IMG/VR virus record: IMGVR_UViG_3300029908_000008
Source of the DNA: an uncultured virus (IMG/VR IMGVR_UViG_3300029908_000008)
Taxonomy: Duplodnaviria > Heunggongvirae > Uroviricota > Caudoviricetes
DNA: 38,305 bases
Strand: one strand, 5' to 3'
Below the pieces are notes generated by a model, which was not told where the DNA came from, ran no database searches, and worked only from the letters and a program-made list of their open reading frames with translations. The translations under genes and the position numbers were made by a program. This document shows, piece by piece, positions 28,011-37,628 of this stretch. Within the stretch, counting starts at the first letter, position 1. Each line of letters opens with the position of its first letter.

Positions 28011-28409
28011 TTAGACTATTTTCTTTTTAACTCTTTGTGATTTAAAAGCGTTTTCTACACCTAAATATTTAGTTTTCAATGCTTTTTCTGCTTTTTCTGT
28101 GAAAGTAACTGTCCTACCAGCACCTTTAATATATCCTTCTGTTTTGAGTTTTAACACATTTTGATCACTAATACTTGCAGGAATTGTCCGATAATTATCT
28201 TGTCTAGTGCCAGAAATTGCGCTAACAGCGGCATTTACAATACCATCCTCATGTTTATCAATAATTTCTAATAATTTTACACTGTCTTGGCTCGGAGATT
28301 CATTTGCGAAATATTTTTGTGCAAATGCCATCTCATCATATTGAGATTGATAATTTTGTTCAAATAATGTTGAATCTCCATTTCCAATTAATTTAATAGG
28401 TAAAGGCAT
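28011..28409 (-). CDS. hypothetical protein, possible winged-helix C-terminus
   Basis: LKLKTEGYI......VTFTEKA resembles a wHTH wing. Confidence 0.6.
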   Translation of the reverse strand: MPLPIKLIGNGDSTLFEQNYQSQYDEMAFAQKYFANESPSQDSVKLLEIIDKHEDGIVNAAVSAISGTRQDNYRTIPASISDQNVLKLKTEGYIKGAGRTVTFTEKAEKALKTKYLGVENAFKSQRVKKKIV

Positions 28410-28445
28410 ATTATAATTTTCTATCTAAAGATAATTGAAACCTTC

Positions 28446-29057
28446 TTACAATGGCAGAAGATTCTTATACCCATCTGTAGAGTCTTGTGGAAATTTTCTA
28501 TTTTTCCATTGGAATCCATCTAATCCAACCATAGATGCAGAACTATGATCAATAACGGCAGTTTTTGGCCCAGGCACTTCATCTGGACCTTGCATATCAA
28601 ATGGATTTCCCATTAAAGATTCTCCAGTAGACAATCCTTTTTCAAGTTTATCAATTTGTTTAAATACAGCCGCTCTTTCGTGAGAATCTAAATCAAAGGC
28701 CAACATTTTATTCAATTTGTTAATAGTGTCTTTATGAATATTTTTTGTTTTAGTTGGCGAGAGATTAGATGTGCCTCCGTCGCTAGGATAGGCTCCAGGC
28801 TCAAAAACACCATCTAACACAATATATTCTTTTTCCCTAAATCTTGGATCGTTATGTACACGATCATAATCTCTTTGGGCTAAATCTCCATCTAAAGCAG
28901 ACCAGGGAACCACACGATCCGAAATAGGCACGTTTTGATTGTTACTTGGCTGAATATACTGCGCAACAATTTTTCTGGATATTAAATCTGAAAGATAATA
29001 ATATCCATATTTATCTAGTTTATCACACAATGTTAAATTAAGCATTAGAAAATCCAA
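28446..29057 (-). CDS. hypothetical protein (N-terminal LDxxG motif)
   Basis: 203 aa; LCDKLDKYGYYYLSDLI followed by KIVAQ. Confidence 0.7.
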   Translation of the reverse strand: MDFLMLNLTLCDKLDKYGYYYLSDLISRKIVAQYIQPSNNQNVPISDRVVPWSALDGDLAQRDYDRVHNDPRFREKEYIVLDGVFEPGAYPSDGGTSNLSPTKTKNIHKDTINKLNKMLAFDLDSHERAAVFKQIDKLEKGLSTGESLMGNPFDMQGPDEVPGPKTAVIDHSSASMVGLDGFQWKNRKFPQDSTDGYKNLLPL

Positions 29058-30072
29058 TATTCCCCAATCCTACAGCACCAGGAGCAGAACCGTGGTATTT
29101 GTCTGCTACACCCATTGTCTCAGTGAAAGCATCCCTAGTATCACCCAAAAATAAATCTAACCTCATTGTTTTACCAGGCCCATCAGGCAAACGCATCAGA
29201 TCTTCTAATCTTTTATCCTCTAATCCTTTCTCTCCACCTGGTTTTTTCTTATTTTTAGATTCCTGATTCTCCACCTCTTTAGCAATTTCATGTGTGCTAA
29301 TATCTACAGTTTTATAAGGTTGTTCTTTATCTTGAGGATGATCGAATGCCAATGTCTCTCCATATAATCCATTAAAATCTTCGTCATAAGGCGCGTTAAT
29401 CCAATCCATTACACCCTTTCCATCTTTATATTCGTGAAATCTTTTACTTCCGTCAGGAGGTGTGGTAAATTTTAGAATATCGAATGGCGACCTTTGATCA
29501 TCGTCTTCTTCATAGCCCAAGAACGGTGATGTTCCTAGCATTCTATCTGTAATAATTGCTAAAGTTTGTTTTTGAGATAATGAATGCCTACGGCTTGGCC
29601 TGATTGTTGGAGGGTTGTGATCCTCAAACGGGTGTTTTTCAGAGTCATCATTCGTCCGCGCGGCACTTAGTAATACTTCAAAACAAACTTCTAATACTTT
29701 TTCCGGTGTCCGATCTTTTTCGGGCAATTCAGAAACTTTTTTCTCAAATCTTAATTTTTTATCTGATTTATCAAGTTCAGTGCGCTGTTTATCAGTTAAT
29801 GCTACACCTTTTTTATCATTTTCAATATCACTATGAAAAATTTCTAATCTTTTTTCTAAATTAATTTTATCATCACTATATGATGGGTCAAATTTTCTAT
29901 GAAAATTGTTATCTAATGGAGTTTCATAATAACGATTAATTTGTCCAGCGCCCATAGCACCTGGCCCTTTACCAAACCCTAGCCCTCCAGGAGCAGTTGG
30001 ATTAAAGCCGAGATTACCGCCTCCAAATTGAGCCAAAACTTTTCTCACACTTTTTTGTAATCTCTCTGACAC
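29038..30072 (-). CDS. hypothetical head-cluster protein
   Basis: 344 aa, GTG start; KVLAQ followed by a Gly-rich segment. Confidence 0.75.
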   Translation of the reverse strand: MSERLQKSVRKVLAQFGGGNLGFNPTAPGGLGFGKGPGAMGAGQINRYYETPLDNNFHRKFDPSYSDDKINLEKRLEIFHSDIENDKKGVALTDKQRTELDKSDKKLRFEKKVSELPEKDRTPEKVLEVCFEVLLSAARTNDDSEKHPFEDHNPPTIRPSRRHSLSQKQTLAIITDRMLGTSPFLGYEEDDDQRSPFDILKFTTPPDGSKRFHEYKDGKGVMDWINAPYDEDFNGLYGETLAFDHPQDKEQPYKTVDISTHEIAKEVENQESKNKKKPGGEKGLEDKRLEDLMRLPDGPGKTMRLDLFLGDTRDAFTETMGVADKYHGSAPGAVGLGNIGFSNA

Positions 30073-30111
30073 GAATATAATTTAAGTTAAAAATATATTT
30101 TGACCTTTATA

Positions 30112-32193
30112 TTAAGGTGTGTATACTGTCAGTCCTCTTGGCAAAGGCTTTGCCATAATTTTTGCACTCAATATTTCATAACAGACTGCCGCTATTGCAT
30201 CTGGGATATCATCATGTGCGCCACTCATTGCCTCTACACGATAATACTTTCCATTAAATTTCTTTTGCAATGTTTTAAATTGTGTTTTCAATAAATCAAT
30301 TTCTTGTAGTTGGCGAATTCCAGTGACTTCTATTACTGTAGTGTTGTAAGTATAAATAAATATTTTATTCTGCACAAATAATTGATATAATTGATCATAA
30401 ATAGATTCTTTATATTGTCTTGTGAATGTACGGCATATAACATTAATTCCATTACTTTGTAGTTTTTGAATAGATCCCAAACTATTAAATTGGTCATAAC
30501 TTACCTGTTTGAATCTAAACTTTCTATGTAAACTAATTACATAATCTGCCACAAGTTCCATATTAATTGGATTATTTGAAGACGGCTTCCAATAATGAAT
30601 ATGATCTATATAAACATCAGGAGATTCATTTGCCCTGCCTGAAGCAATACTATGCCCCACAACAACCACATAATAATCGTTTGTAGCAGAAGGATCAATA
30701 TGGCAAAAATATCCAAAACTTGGATTAGTAGATTGTTCAATCCTGGGCGTAGGAAACATGAATGCAGGCTCAATTAAATCCATGTCAATCCAACTTTCTG
30801 CTTCTGTGGCACCAAATATAGCACCATATTGCATAGCAAACGTTTTATAATCTTTAGATTTTTCTTCATCCAGCCAGTCTTTAGGAATACTTGGATTAAT
30901 TATCCAAGTTGGCAACTGTAAAACTAATGTTGATGGAGTAATTTTTCTATTTTGATATAATTCATAAAGTAGACCCTTGGCACCCTTAGGCTGAGACAAT
31001 ATAAAAAATTTACCATCTTTACCAAAGGTCGCTATCGTGGGAAAAAGGTCTTCGTATAATTGATAATCAACACCTCTAACAAGACTGCCATCGGCAGTGG
31101 CCATCGCGGCCACCTCATCCATTAATACGCACCAATTTGTTCCTCCAACGAGAGATGATGCATTCGAGTGACCACATTTAATTACAATACCACCAGGTAT
31201 TTGAGGCAAACCTTGTAAAATTCTTTTTTTATTGTCTACTATATTTTGTTCTGTTAAAAAATATATTTTATCTTCTAATGGTTTTCCTCCAAGCCGTTCA
31301 ATAAAATACGGAGAATCAAACACAATAGATTTAATTTTATTAAAAACGCCAGTATCAGCCTGGTCACTACTTGCCGCGACGTTTAAAATGCCAATTGGCT
31401 CTGTTTCTAGCAGATTATATCTTTTATGAGGATTTTTCATCTCTAAAAGTTTATAAGCCTCATATAAACTACAAATTGTAGTCATAAAACTTTTCGAACC
31501 TCTTCTCCCTATCACTAAAACTAATTCTTGGAACTTATTTCCTAATTTGTTTTCAATTTGTTTTCTTATTTCCTGATTAAATTCCGGATCATTTAACAAA
31601 TCGTATTCTGAAGAATAATTATCAAAACAATTTTGTTTTTCAATTCTGTCATATTTATTTTCTTCAGATAATGATGATGCTTCTTGCCTTAGTGATTCAA
31701 ATCTTAATTTTCTATCTTTTTTATTAAACCTTGTACATGTGAGGCATGGAGAATTTTCCACAGGAAGCATTGATTTTTTTATAACCGTGTCCCCATTTTT
31801 AAAAGATTCTACAGCAATTAATTCTGTGATTTTAGAATAATTCCACACACAACTATCACAACCATTATCCACTTTTAAATCATCTAATTTTAAATTTTGA
31901 TTGCCTTCGTTACCCATGTAAAATAATTTTAAGATTAATTTCTGCCATGGGTGCAGTTTCATACCACAATAATATGGATGTTCTGCGAAAGTGAGTACAT
32001 CAACAATTTGATCAGGATTATATTTGGATAGTTCTGGTTTTTCAGGCGCAGAAATAGATGTTTTTGGTGCGGCTAATTCAGGCTTGTCTTCTGCGTCAAA
32101 TGTAATTTCTAATGCAGATAATTTATCAATTAACTGTAGTTTTGCTAATTGCTCTTCTCTTTCCTTAGGACTAAGTTTTTTAGATTTAGACAA
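30112..32193 (-). CDS. terL: terminase large subunit
   Basis: LHPWQ (Q motif), Walker A GRRGSKS, Walker B VLMDE, coupling motif LSQP, RNase H-like HIDPS..D, SYDQF, HDDIPDA. Confidence 0.92.
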   Translation of the reverse strand: MSKSKKLSPKEREEQLAKLQLIDKLSALEITFDAEDKPELAAPKTSISAPEKPELSKYNPDQIVDVLTFAEHPYYCGMKLHPWQKLILKLFYMGNEGNQNLKLDDLKVDNGCDSCVWNYSKITELIAVESFKNGDTVIKKSMLPVENSPCLTCTRFNKKDRKLRFESLRQEASSLSEENKYDRIEKQNCFDNYSSEYDLLNDPEFNQEIRKQIENKLGNKFQELVLVIGRRGSKSFMTTICSLYEAYKLLEMKNPHKRYNLLETEPIGILNVAASSDQADTGVFNKIKSIVFDSPYFIERLGGKPLEDKIYFLTEQNIVDNKKRILQGLPQIPGGIVIKCGHSNASSLVGGTNWCVLMDEVAAMATADGSLVRGVDYQLYEDLFPTIATFGKDGKFFILSQPKGAKGLLYELYQNRKITPSTLVLQLPTWIINPSIPKDWLDEEKSKDYKTFAMQYGAIFGATEAESWIDMDLIEPAFMFPTPRIEQSTNPSFGYFCHIDPSATNDYYVVVVGHSIASGRANESPDVYIDHIHYWKPSSNNPINMELVADYVISLHRKFRFKQVSYDQFNSLGSIQKLQSNGINVICRTFTRQYKESIYDQLYQLFVQNKIFIYTYNTTVIEVTGIRQLQEIDLLKTQFKTLQKKFNGKYYRVEAMSGAHDDIPDAIAAVCYEILSAKIMAKPLPRGLTVYTP

Positions 32194-32196
32194 GTT

Positions 32197-32874
32197 TTAC
32201 CCCGCCTCTTCAATAAGTTTACGCCTAATCTCACCAACTTTTAATTGAAGAATTTTTTTACAACTAACACAACTCAATTCATTGTAAATTTCTAAAAGAA
32301 TAGAGAAAATGTCAATACTATTTTTTGCGGCTTCATCTCTTCTTTGTTTAACATTAGCAATACGGTCAGTTATTTGATTTGCCATCGCGGCCTGCTTAAA
32401 TTTAAGTTCAGGATTTTTACTACAATCTATCGCTCGGATTTCATCTAACTCTACTAACAATGCTGTAAGTATAAAATCGTTCTCTCTAAACTTAATTTTA
32501 GAGATACTTGATTCTCTGGATAAATAATCTTCAATTCCGCCTAAACTTAGTCCTCTAAAAGTACAATGGTACTTCATATGAGTAGATACAGCCTCGTGAG
32601 TCACTTTAGCATGAAAATGATCTTCAAAAAACTTAATTACAGATTGTGGCTTTTGTTTATTTTGAATATAGACATGTTCCGCCCTTTCTCGCCAAGGCGA
32701 ATTACACAGACTACATCTCGTATTATGTGTCGTGGGATACGACAAGTCAAACATGTCGTCAGGAGGAAGTGGTATATACTGAACACTATTCTCAGTAAGA
32801 TCTTTTAAATATACAACTGTACTCGCAAGGCTAGAAGATCCTGTATGGATCTGAAATAATACCGGTTCTGACAT
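32197..32874 (-). CDS. putative terminase small subunit
   Basis: Immediately upstream of terL; CxxC...HxxxH N-terminal domain and helical C-terminus; positional inference only. Confidence 0.45.
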   Translation of the reverse strand: MSEPVLFQIHTGSSSLASTVVYLKDLTENSVQYIPLPPDDMFDLSYPTTHNTRCSLCNSPWRERAEHVYIQNKQKPQSVIKFFEDHFHAKVTHEAVSTHMKYHCTFRGLSLGGIEDYLSRESSISKIKFRENDFILTALLVELDEIRAIDCSKNPELKFKQAAMANQITDRIANVKQRRDEAAKNSIDIFSILLEIYNELSCVSCKKILQLKVGEIRRKLIEEAG

Positions 32875-32897
32875 ATATGTCTTAATTCAAGACATAT
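32875..32897. promoter_or_regulatory. inverted repeat abutting the start codon of 32197..32874
   Basis: ATATGTCTT-aattc-AAGACATAT. Confidence 0.5.
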
Positions 32898-32923
32898 TAA
32901 GACTTAGCCTTTATTTTTCAGAG

Positions 32924-33622
32924 TTAATCAGAGAGGGCTCTTAAAATTCTTGTATATGGAGAAACCTTGTCATGCGCAGAAACTAGAAACTCATCGGCCA
33001 AGCCAAATTTAGCGTAGTTACCTTTATTAAAAACTTCGTTATTAGACGTGCCTTCCATTAAATTAACAATCGCTTTTTTATTTCCAACTTTAACTTCATA
33101 CTTAGTTCCAGCCTTTTTAATAAAGCACTGTTTCTGTTCTGCTTCTAATACTGAATTTAACATAATTTCTTCAAAATAAGGTTTGAGTTCTGCATGAATA
33201 TGTTTCATTAGCGATGCATTTTCAAAACAAGTTTTTGCCAATTTTAAAAGATTTTGTTTGTGAGATTTGGAGGCTTCGATAATTGGAAATTCAGAATTCG
33301 TAAGGTCATTTACAAAAACCTCTGGACCATCATGAAAAAGGTTGTGTTCAACAACATGCATTACATCATCATAAGATGTAGGAACAACAAAGGCTTCGCG
33401 TTTTGCATATTTTTTAGATTTTAATTCTCCAAAAACACTATCTAAGACTTCCTTAAGTCCTTTTAAGCCAAAGCCATTTCCAGCAAGAATTTCCTCTGCT
33501 TCATCACGGTTGAAACCTTTATTTTTGAGTGACTGACATTCTGCTGATGCTTGAATATGTTTAGCATTATAAGAATTGCCTAGTTTGTTGGACCAATTGA
33601 CGATTGTATCGAAGTCTTCCAT
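32924..33622 (-). CDS. hypothetical protein
   Basis: 232 aa ORF. Confidence 0.75.
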   Translation of the reverse strand: MEDFDTIVNWSNKLGNSYNAKHIQASAECQSLKNKGFNRDEAEEILAGNGFGLKGLKEVLDSVFGELKSKKYAKREAFVVPTSYDDVMHVVEHNLFHDGPEVFVNDLTNSEFPIIEASKSHKQNLLKLAKTCFENASLMKHIHAELKPYFEEIMLNSVLEAEQKQCFIKKAGTKYEVKVGNKKAIVNLMEGTSNNEVFNKGNYAKFGLADEFLVSAHDKVSPYTRILRALSD

Positions 33623-33677
33623 TTTATAATTATATAATTATGTTTTTATAAAATAATATAACATTAATATTTTATTT

Positions 33678-34199
33678 TTATAAAGATAATATTTTTTTTA
33701 GATTTTTAGCACTTCTTTCTAGTAATTTTGAAAATGCCGATTGAGTAATTCTCATAAATATAGCACAATCTTCTTGGCTCATTTCTTTAAAGTAATAGAG
33801 TGTAACGGCTAATTTTTGCTTTTCTGGTATTTGTAATAAAGCATTATTTAAATCATTTGAAAAATTAATTCTATCAAATGGATTACCTGGGTCCATTATT
33901 GATTCTGAAATTTCTGATGCAATAATCTGGGTTGTTCTTGTGCGGGACAATAAATTTCTAAAAAAATTAAGTTTAATGTAATATCCGAAGTTAGATAATT
34001 CTGGATTGTATTTTTTTAATAATTCAACAAATAAAATATCAGCCTCTTGCCCTAAGTCTTCTAGGAGCATATGATTTTTTACAATTGGGTATATTTTACT
34101 AATTGTAGATTTTATTAATGGCCTATAATAATCTAAAAGATTATTTATTTCTAATTCCTCGCCCTGATGTGCTTTAATTATGGTATTTTTTAAATCCAT
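33678..34199 (-). CDS. RNA polymerase sigma-70 family factor (regions 2 and 4)
   Basis: LLDYYRPLI...EDLGQE...YNP...FGYY; region 4 IPEKQK..V.LYYF.EMSQ.D.A....ITQSAFS. Confidence 0.88.
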   Translation of the reverse strand: MDLKNTIIKAHQGEELEINNLLDYYRPLIKSTISKIYPIVKNHMLLEDLGQEADILFVELLKKYNPELSNFGYYIKLNFFRNLLSRTRTTQIIASEISESIMDPGNPFDRINFSNDLNNALLQIPEKQKLAVTLYYFKEMSQEDCAIFMRITQSAFSKLLERSAKNLKKILSL

Positions 34200-34217
34200 T
34201 ATAATATTATTCTATAT

Positions 34218-34907
34218 TCAGTTCATTAATTCTTCTAATATTTTTAATGTAGCAAAATAACTATCATTATTTCTTCTGGAAATAATTAATTTTTGTGTAA
34301 TATCTTTCAATCTAAATAATTCATTAAATCCAAGCACTTTTGCTACAGGTGATAATTTCTTAATTTTATATGCATGAATATTTTTATCACCAGACAATAT
34401 TTGCAAACAGGAGTCAATCGCATCATTCACAACCCAAAAATAATTCTCTTCTGATGACTTCAGTACAAAACTGTATTTAGACATTATTTCATCATATTTT
34501 TTCGCCAGGAATAACTCTGAAAATTCAAATACATTATATAATGGCTTTTTCTCTCCAAGAACTTTTTTGTTGGAAAAATATTGCATTAAATCATAAGCGA
34601 AAACTGAATATGTAGGATTTTTTAAATCTTTAAATTCAGTTAAAGGCACATCCTCATAACAATCATTAATATTGAGATATGGATTCATTAAAAATTCATA
34701 ATTTAATTTAATATATTCAAATATATGATCTGAATTTTTTCTAATATATCCACAACAGACTAATATAGTTCCGAAATCCAAATCATCAATATTGTCTTTT
34801 GAAGACCTAGAAATTACAATATTTGATTTGTTTAAAATGGACCCTTTACTCGCGATTTCTTTAGCAAGAAAAAGAGCCTGATATTCATCACCAGAAATAA
34901 TTACCAT
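34218..34907 (-). CDS. clamp-loader delta (HolA)-like subunit, divergent
   Basis: N-terminal IISGDEY, NVFEFSEL and HAYKIKK motifs resemble Pol III delta; next to the clamp gene and near dnaX. Confidence 0.5.
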   Translation of the reverse strand: MVIISGDEYQALFLAKEIASKGSILNKSNIVISRSSKDNIDDLDFGTILVCCGYIRKNSDHIFEYIKLNYEFLMNPYLNINDCYEDVPLTEFKDLKNPTYSVFAYDLMQYFSNKKVLGEKKPLYNVFEFSELFLAKKYDEIMSKYSFVLKSSEENYFWVVNDAIDSCLQILSGDKNIHAYKIKKLSPVAKVLGFNELFRLKDITQKLIISRRNNDSYFATLKILEELMN

Positions 34908-34915
34908 AATTAAAA

Positions 34916-35896
34916 TTAAATCGATGCAAAATAGAAATTATCATCAAAAATACAGAAAATATTTTCATGATCAGGGTGAATTCCAAAAGAAATGTTATCT
35001 TTAAACAATGGAATTAAATTTTCAATATCTTTAATTTTAAACTGTATTTTAATATTACCTTTAGATTCAAAAGAGGTTTGAAGGGCGCTACTATTTTCAC
35101 TATGGGATCTCATTTTAGCAATATCATTTTCTATGATGATATTCACGTTCCCATGGTTGATTAAGTGGGGCGCAAAATAGGTTAAAAATGTTTGTTTATT
35201 AATTGTGACGAATTCATACGACTCTTTTATTACATCTTTAAAGGGGTTAATTTTATCTGGCGTATTGTATACTGGGCAAGATAAAAAACCTCCGTCTTTT
35301 TCATTTAAAGAAATTGTATCTTTCTTTTTTGAAAGTTGAATTGATGAATTCATTAATGATAACGCTTGTGGAAAACTCTTCTCCACACTAATATCCAGAT
35401 TGTCATAATTATATGATAAAATTTTAGCACTATCTGTAACAAAAAATCCTTTGTCAGAATCTAAATGAATAAGATTTGTTGGGTATTCGATTCCTGTAAA
35501 TTTAAATGCAGTGAGAAGAAGTTCTTTATTTAATTTAATTTCACTTGTACCAGAGTTGACAGATTCTGGTAACTCAAAATTAAGATCATCCTTGACAATA
35601 ATAATGAATTGAATCGAGTTATCACTGTTGGAAATCATCATTTTTTCTTTTTTAACAGAAAGATTTGCAATGCCATCACTAAAATGTTTGAGTAATGCAG
35701 GCAAAGATGAAAAATCTCCAATATATGAGTTGTTTTCTGTAGACTTTCCTACATTCATATAATAGAAGTCTTTATCATCATTCATCAATACTAAATACAG
35801 ATTATTATCAATAGCATGAAGAACTTGTGAATTCCATTTTTTTGTTTTATAAATTTTTTGATATATTGAGGTTAGTTTAGAACTTTCTATTGTCAT
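34916..35896 (-). CDS. DNA polymerase III beta sliding clamp-like protein, divergent
   Basis: 326 aa with a three-domain beta-clamp-like pattern (FVTDSAKI equivalent to VATDGHRL); context with dnaX. Confidence 0.6.
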   Translation of the reverse strand: MTIESSKLTSIYQKIYKTKKWNSQVLHAIDNNLYLVLMNDDKDFYYMNVGKSTENNSYIGDFSSLPALLKHFSDGIANLSVKKEKMMISNSDNSIQFIIIVKDDLNFELPESVNSGTSEIKLNKELLLTAFKFTGIEYPTNLIHLDSDKGFFVTDSAKILSYNYDNLDISVEKSFPQALSLMNSSIQLSKKKDTISLNEKDGGFLSCPVYNTPDKINPFKDVIKESYEFVTINKQTFLTYFAPHLINHGNVNIIIENDIAKMRSHSENSSALQTSFESKGNIKIQFKIKDIENLIPLFKDNISFGIHPDHENIFCIFDDNFYFASI

Positions 35897-35916
35897 ATTT
35901 TATAATACTTTTTATT

Positions 35917-36570
35917 TTATTCTGAGATATCATCGATTTGAATATCATTATGAACTTGCTCACCATCTTGAGTGTTAATGATATCTAACAATTGTGCTTT
36001 TGCACGGACCCTTGATAAGGAGTTGTCTACGGCTTTCATTTTTACTTTTAATTCTTTAGATATTTCTTTATAAGAATAATGTTGAATATAAAGATCTAAA
36101 ACATTAATTTCCAATTTGGTTAAATGTTCAATTAATGCAAATCTATGTTTGTAAAATGCTTCTCTGTCAGCATAATCGCTTTGCATATCATATGTATGAT
36201 CTTGGATAATATCAGATAATGTCGCTTCATCATAATCATGAGAAATCGGTGTATCTAAAGATGCGGCAGAATTATGAACAATAAATTTCTTCCTATTCGC
36301 ATGACTGACAGTAGTAATTATATGCCTACGTATTACAACATTAATAGAGAAGTTTTTGAAAGACATTCCTGCTTCTGGTTTAAAATCATTAACCGCCTTC
36401 CATAAGGCAATTCTTGATTCTTGAATAAGATCAGAGTCATCGGAACCCGCAATAAATAATTGCGAAGATGATAACATTTTTTTTATATCATTTGATAATA
36501 ATTTAAATAATTCTTGTAACGCTTTATCATCATTTTTAGCCTTTAAAGCCAAGTATTCTATTTCATCCAC
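35917..36570 (-). CDS. SigH (Spo0H)-like sigma-70 factor
   Basis: FIAGSDDSDLIQE..IALWKAVNDF...SFKNF...IIT.V..ANRK...SLD; LTKLE..VL.LY...YSYKEIS..L....KAVDNSLSRVRAK. Confidence 0.88.
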   Translation of the reverse strand: MDEIEYLALKAKNDDKALQELFKLLSNDIKKMLSSSQLFIAGSDDSDLIQESRIALWKAVNDFKPEAGMSFKNFSINVVIRRHIITTVSHANRKKFIVHNSAASLDTPISHDYDEATLSDIIQDHTYDMQSDYADREAFYKHRFALIEHLTKLEINVLDLYIQHYSYKEISKELKVKMKAVDNSLSRVRAKAQLLDIINTQDGEQVHNDIQIDDISE

Positions 36571-36632
36571 ATTTATTAATATACAATATTAAAATAATAT
36601 ATGAAATACTTGAAATATTTTAAAAGTAATAA

Positions 36633-37628
36633 CTATTTTTTAGCAGAACAAAATGCTAAAATTTTAAAAAAGCATAATTGAAAATTAAGATTACTCGGTA
36701 CAGCAGGATTTATATTGTTAATATGTTGAAAAATAATATCATCTATTTTGACAAGACTGTTTTGACCTGCATTTTTTAAAAATTCGGTGGAATTGCCAAT
36801 TATTTTTTCTGATATTTCTGATGTAACAATATTAAATGCCTCTTTCAATGCTTCATCAGGATTAATATTTGATTTTAAAATTTGTGTAATTGTATTAATA
36901 AGTTTTTGTTTATCATTATTAAAACAACAATAAAACAATTCTTTTATTAATGACTCCGGCGCGGAACCCATTATTGATATTATATTGTCTTCAGTCGCGC
37001 CAATTTTAATAAATTGAGACAATAACATTAATGACTCTCGAAAACTCCCATTGGAGTTTTTAGCAATAATCTCTATTGAGTCATCATATTTTATCTTTTC
37101 TGCATCTGCCACTTTTTTTAAAAGATCAATAATATCAGGTATTTCAGCATCGTTAAATTTTACTTGTAAAGATCTGGACTTTAATGCTTGAACTAATTTT
37201 TTAGGTTCAGTTGTGCAGAGGATAAATGTTAGAAATTCTGGGGGATTTTCTAGAATTTGCAAGAGAGAATTTTGAGATGTAGAAGAAAGCATCTGACATT
37301 CATCTAATATCACATATTTTCTAGATAATTGCCTTGGCGGTAGATTACATTTATCAATAATTAACTCTTTAATCTGATCTACACCACCATTCATGGCACA
37401 ATTATATTCTATAAAATCACTTAGGCTATTGAGATTTTCAATATTTTTATTTTCTATTTTAGAAACTAAAATTTTTGCCGCGCTTGTTTTACCGCATCCT
37501 GGGCTTCCATAAAACAAATAGCAAGGCGCTATATAATCATTTAATAATTCAAAGATTCTTTGAATATTTTTTTGCCCAAGAATATCATGGGTAGATTGTG
37601 GACGATATTTTTCTGCTAGACTTTTCAT
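36633..37628 (-). CDS. dnaX: DNA polymerase III gamma/tau-like clamp-loader ATPase
   Basis: LAEKYRP...DILGQ, Walker A GSPGCGKTS, ILDECQML, LENPP...FILCTTEP, KSRS, GSFRES. Confidence 0.88.
   Translation of the reverse strand: MKSLAEKYRPQSTHDILGQKNIQRIFELLNDYIAPCYLFYGSPGCGKTSAAKILVSKIENKNIENLNSLSDFIEYNCAMNGGVDQIKELIIDKCNLPPRQLSRKYVILDECQMLSSTSQNSLLQILENPPEFLTFILCTTEPKKLVQALKSRSLQVKFNDAEIPDIIDLLKKVADAEKIKYDDSIEIIAKNSNGSFRESLMLLSQFIKIGATEDNIISIMGSAPESLIKELFYCCFNNDKQKLINTITQILKSNINPDEALKEAFNIVTSEISEKIIGNSTEFLKNAGQNSLVKIDDIIFQHINNINPAVPSNLNFQLCFFKILAFCSAKK

Noticed and set aside
11549..32808. Numerous + strand ORFs of 65-128 aa in the track
   Set aside because: They are antisense shadows of long minus-strand genes, with low-complexity Ser/Leu/Ile-rich translations.
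17514..35915. TATAAT/TATTAT boxes a few bases upstream of several ATGs (leaderless or late promoters)
   Set aside because: These intergenic regions are so AT-rich that such hexamers are expected by chance; this cannot be supported without TSS data.
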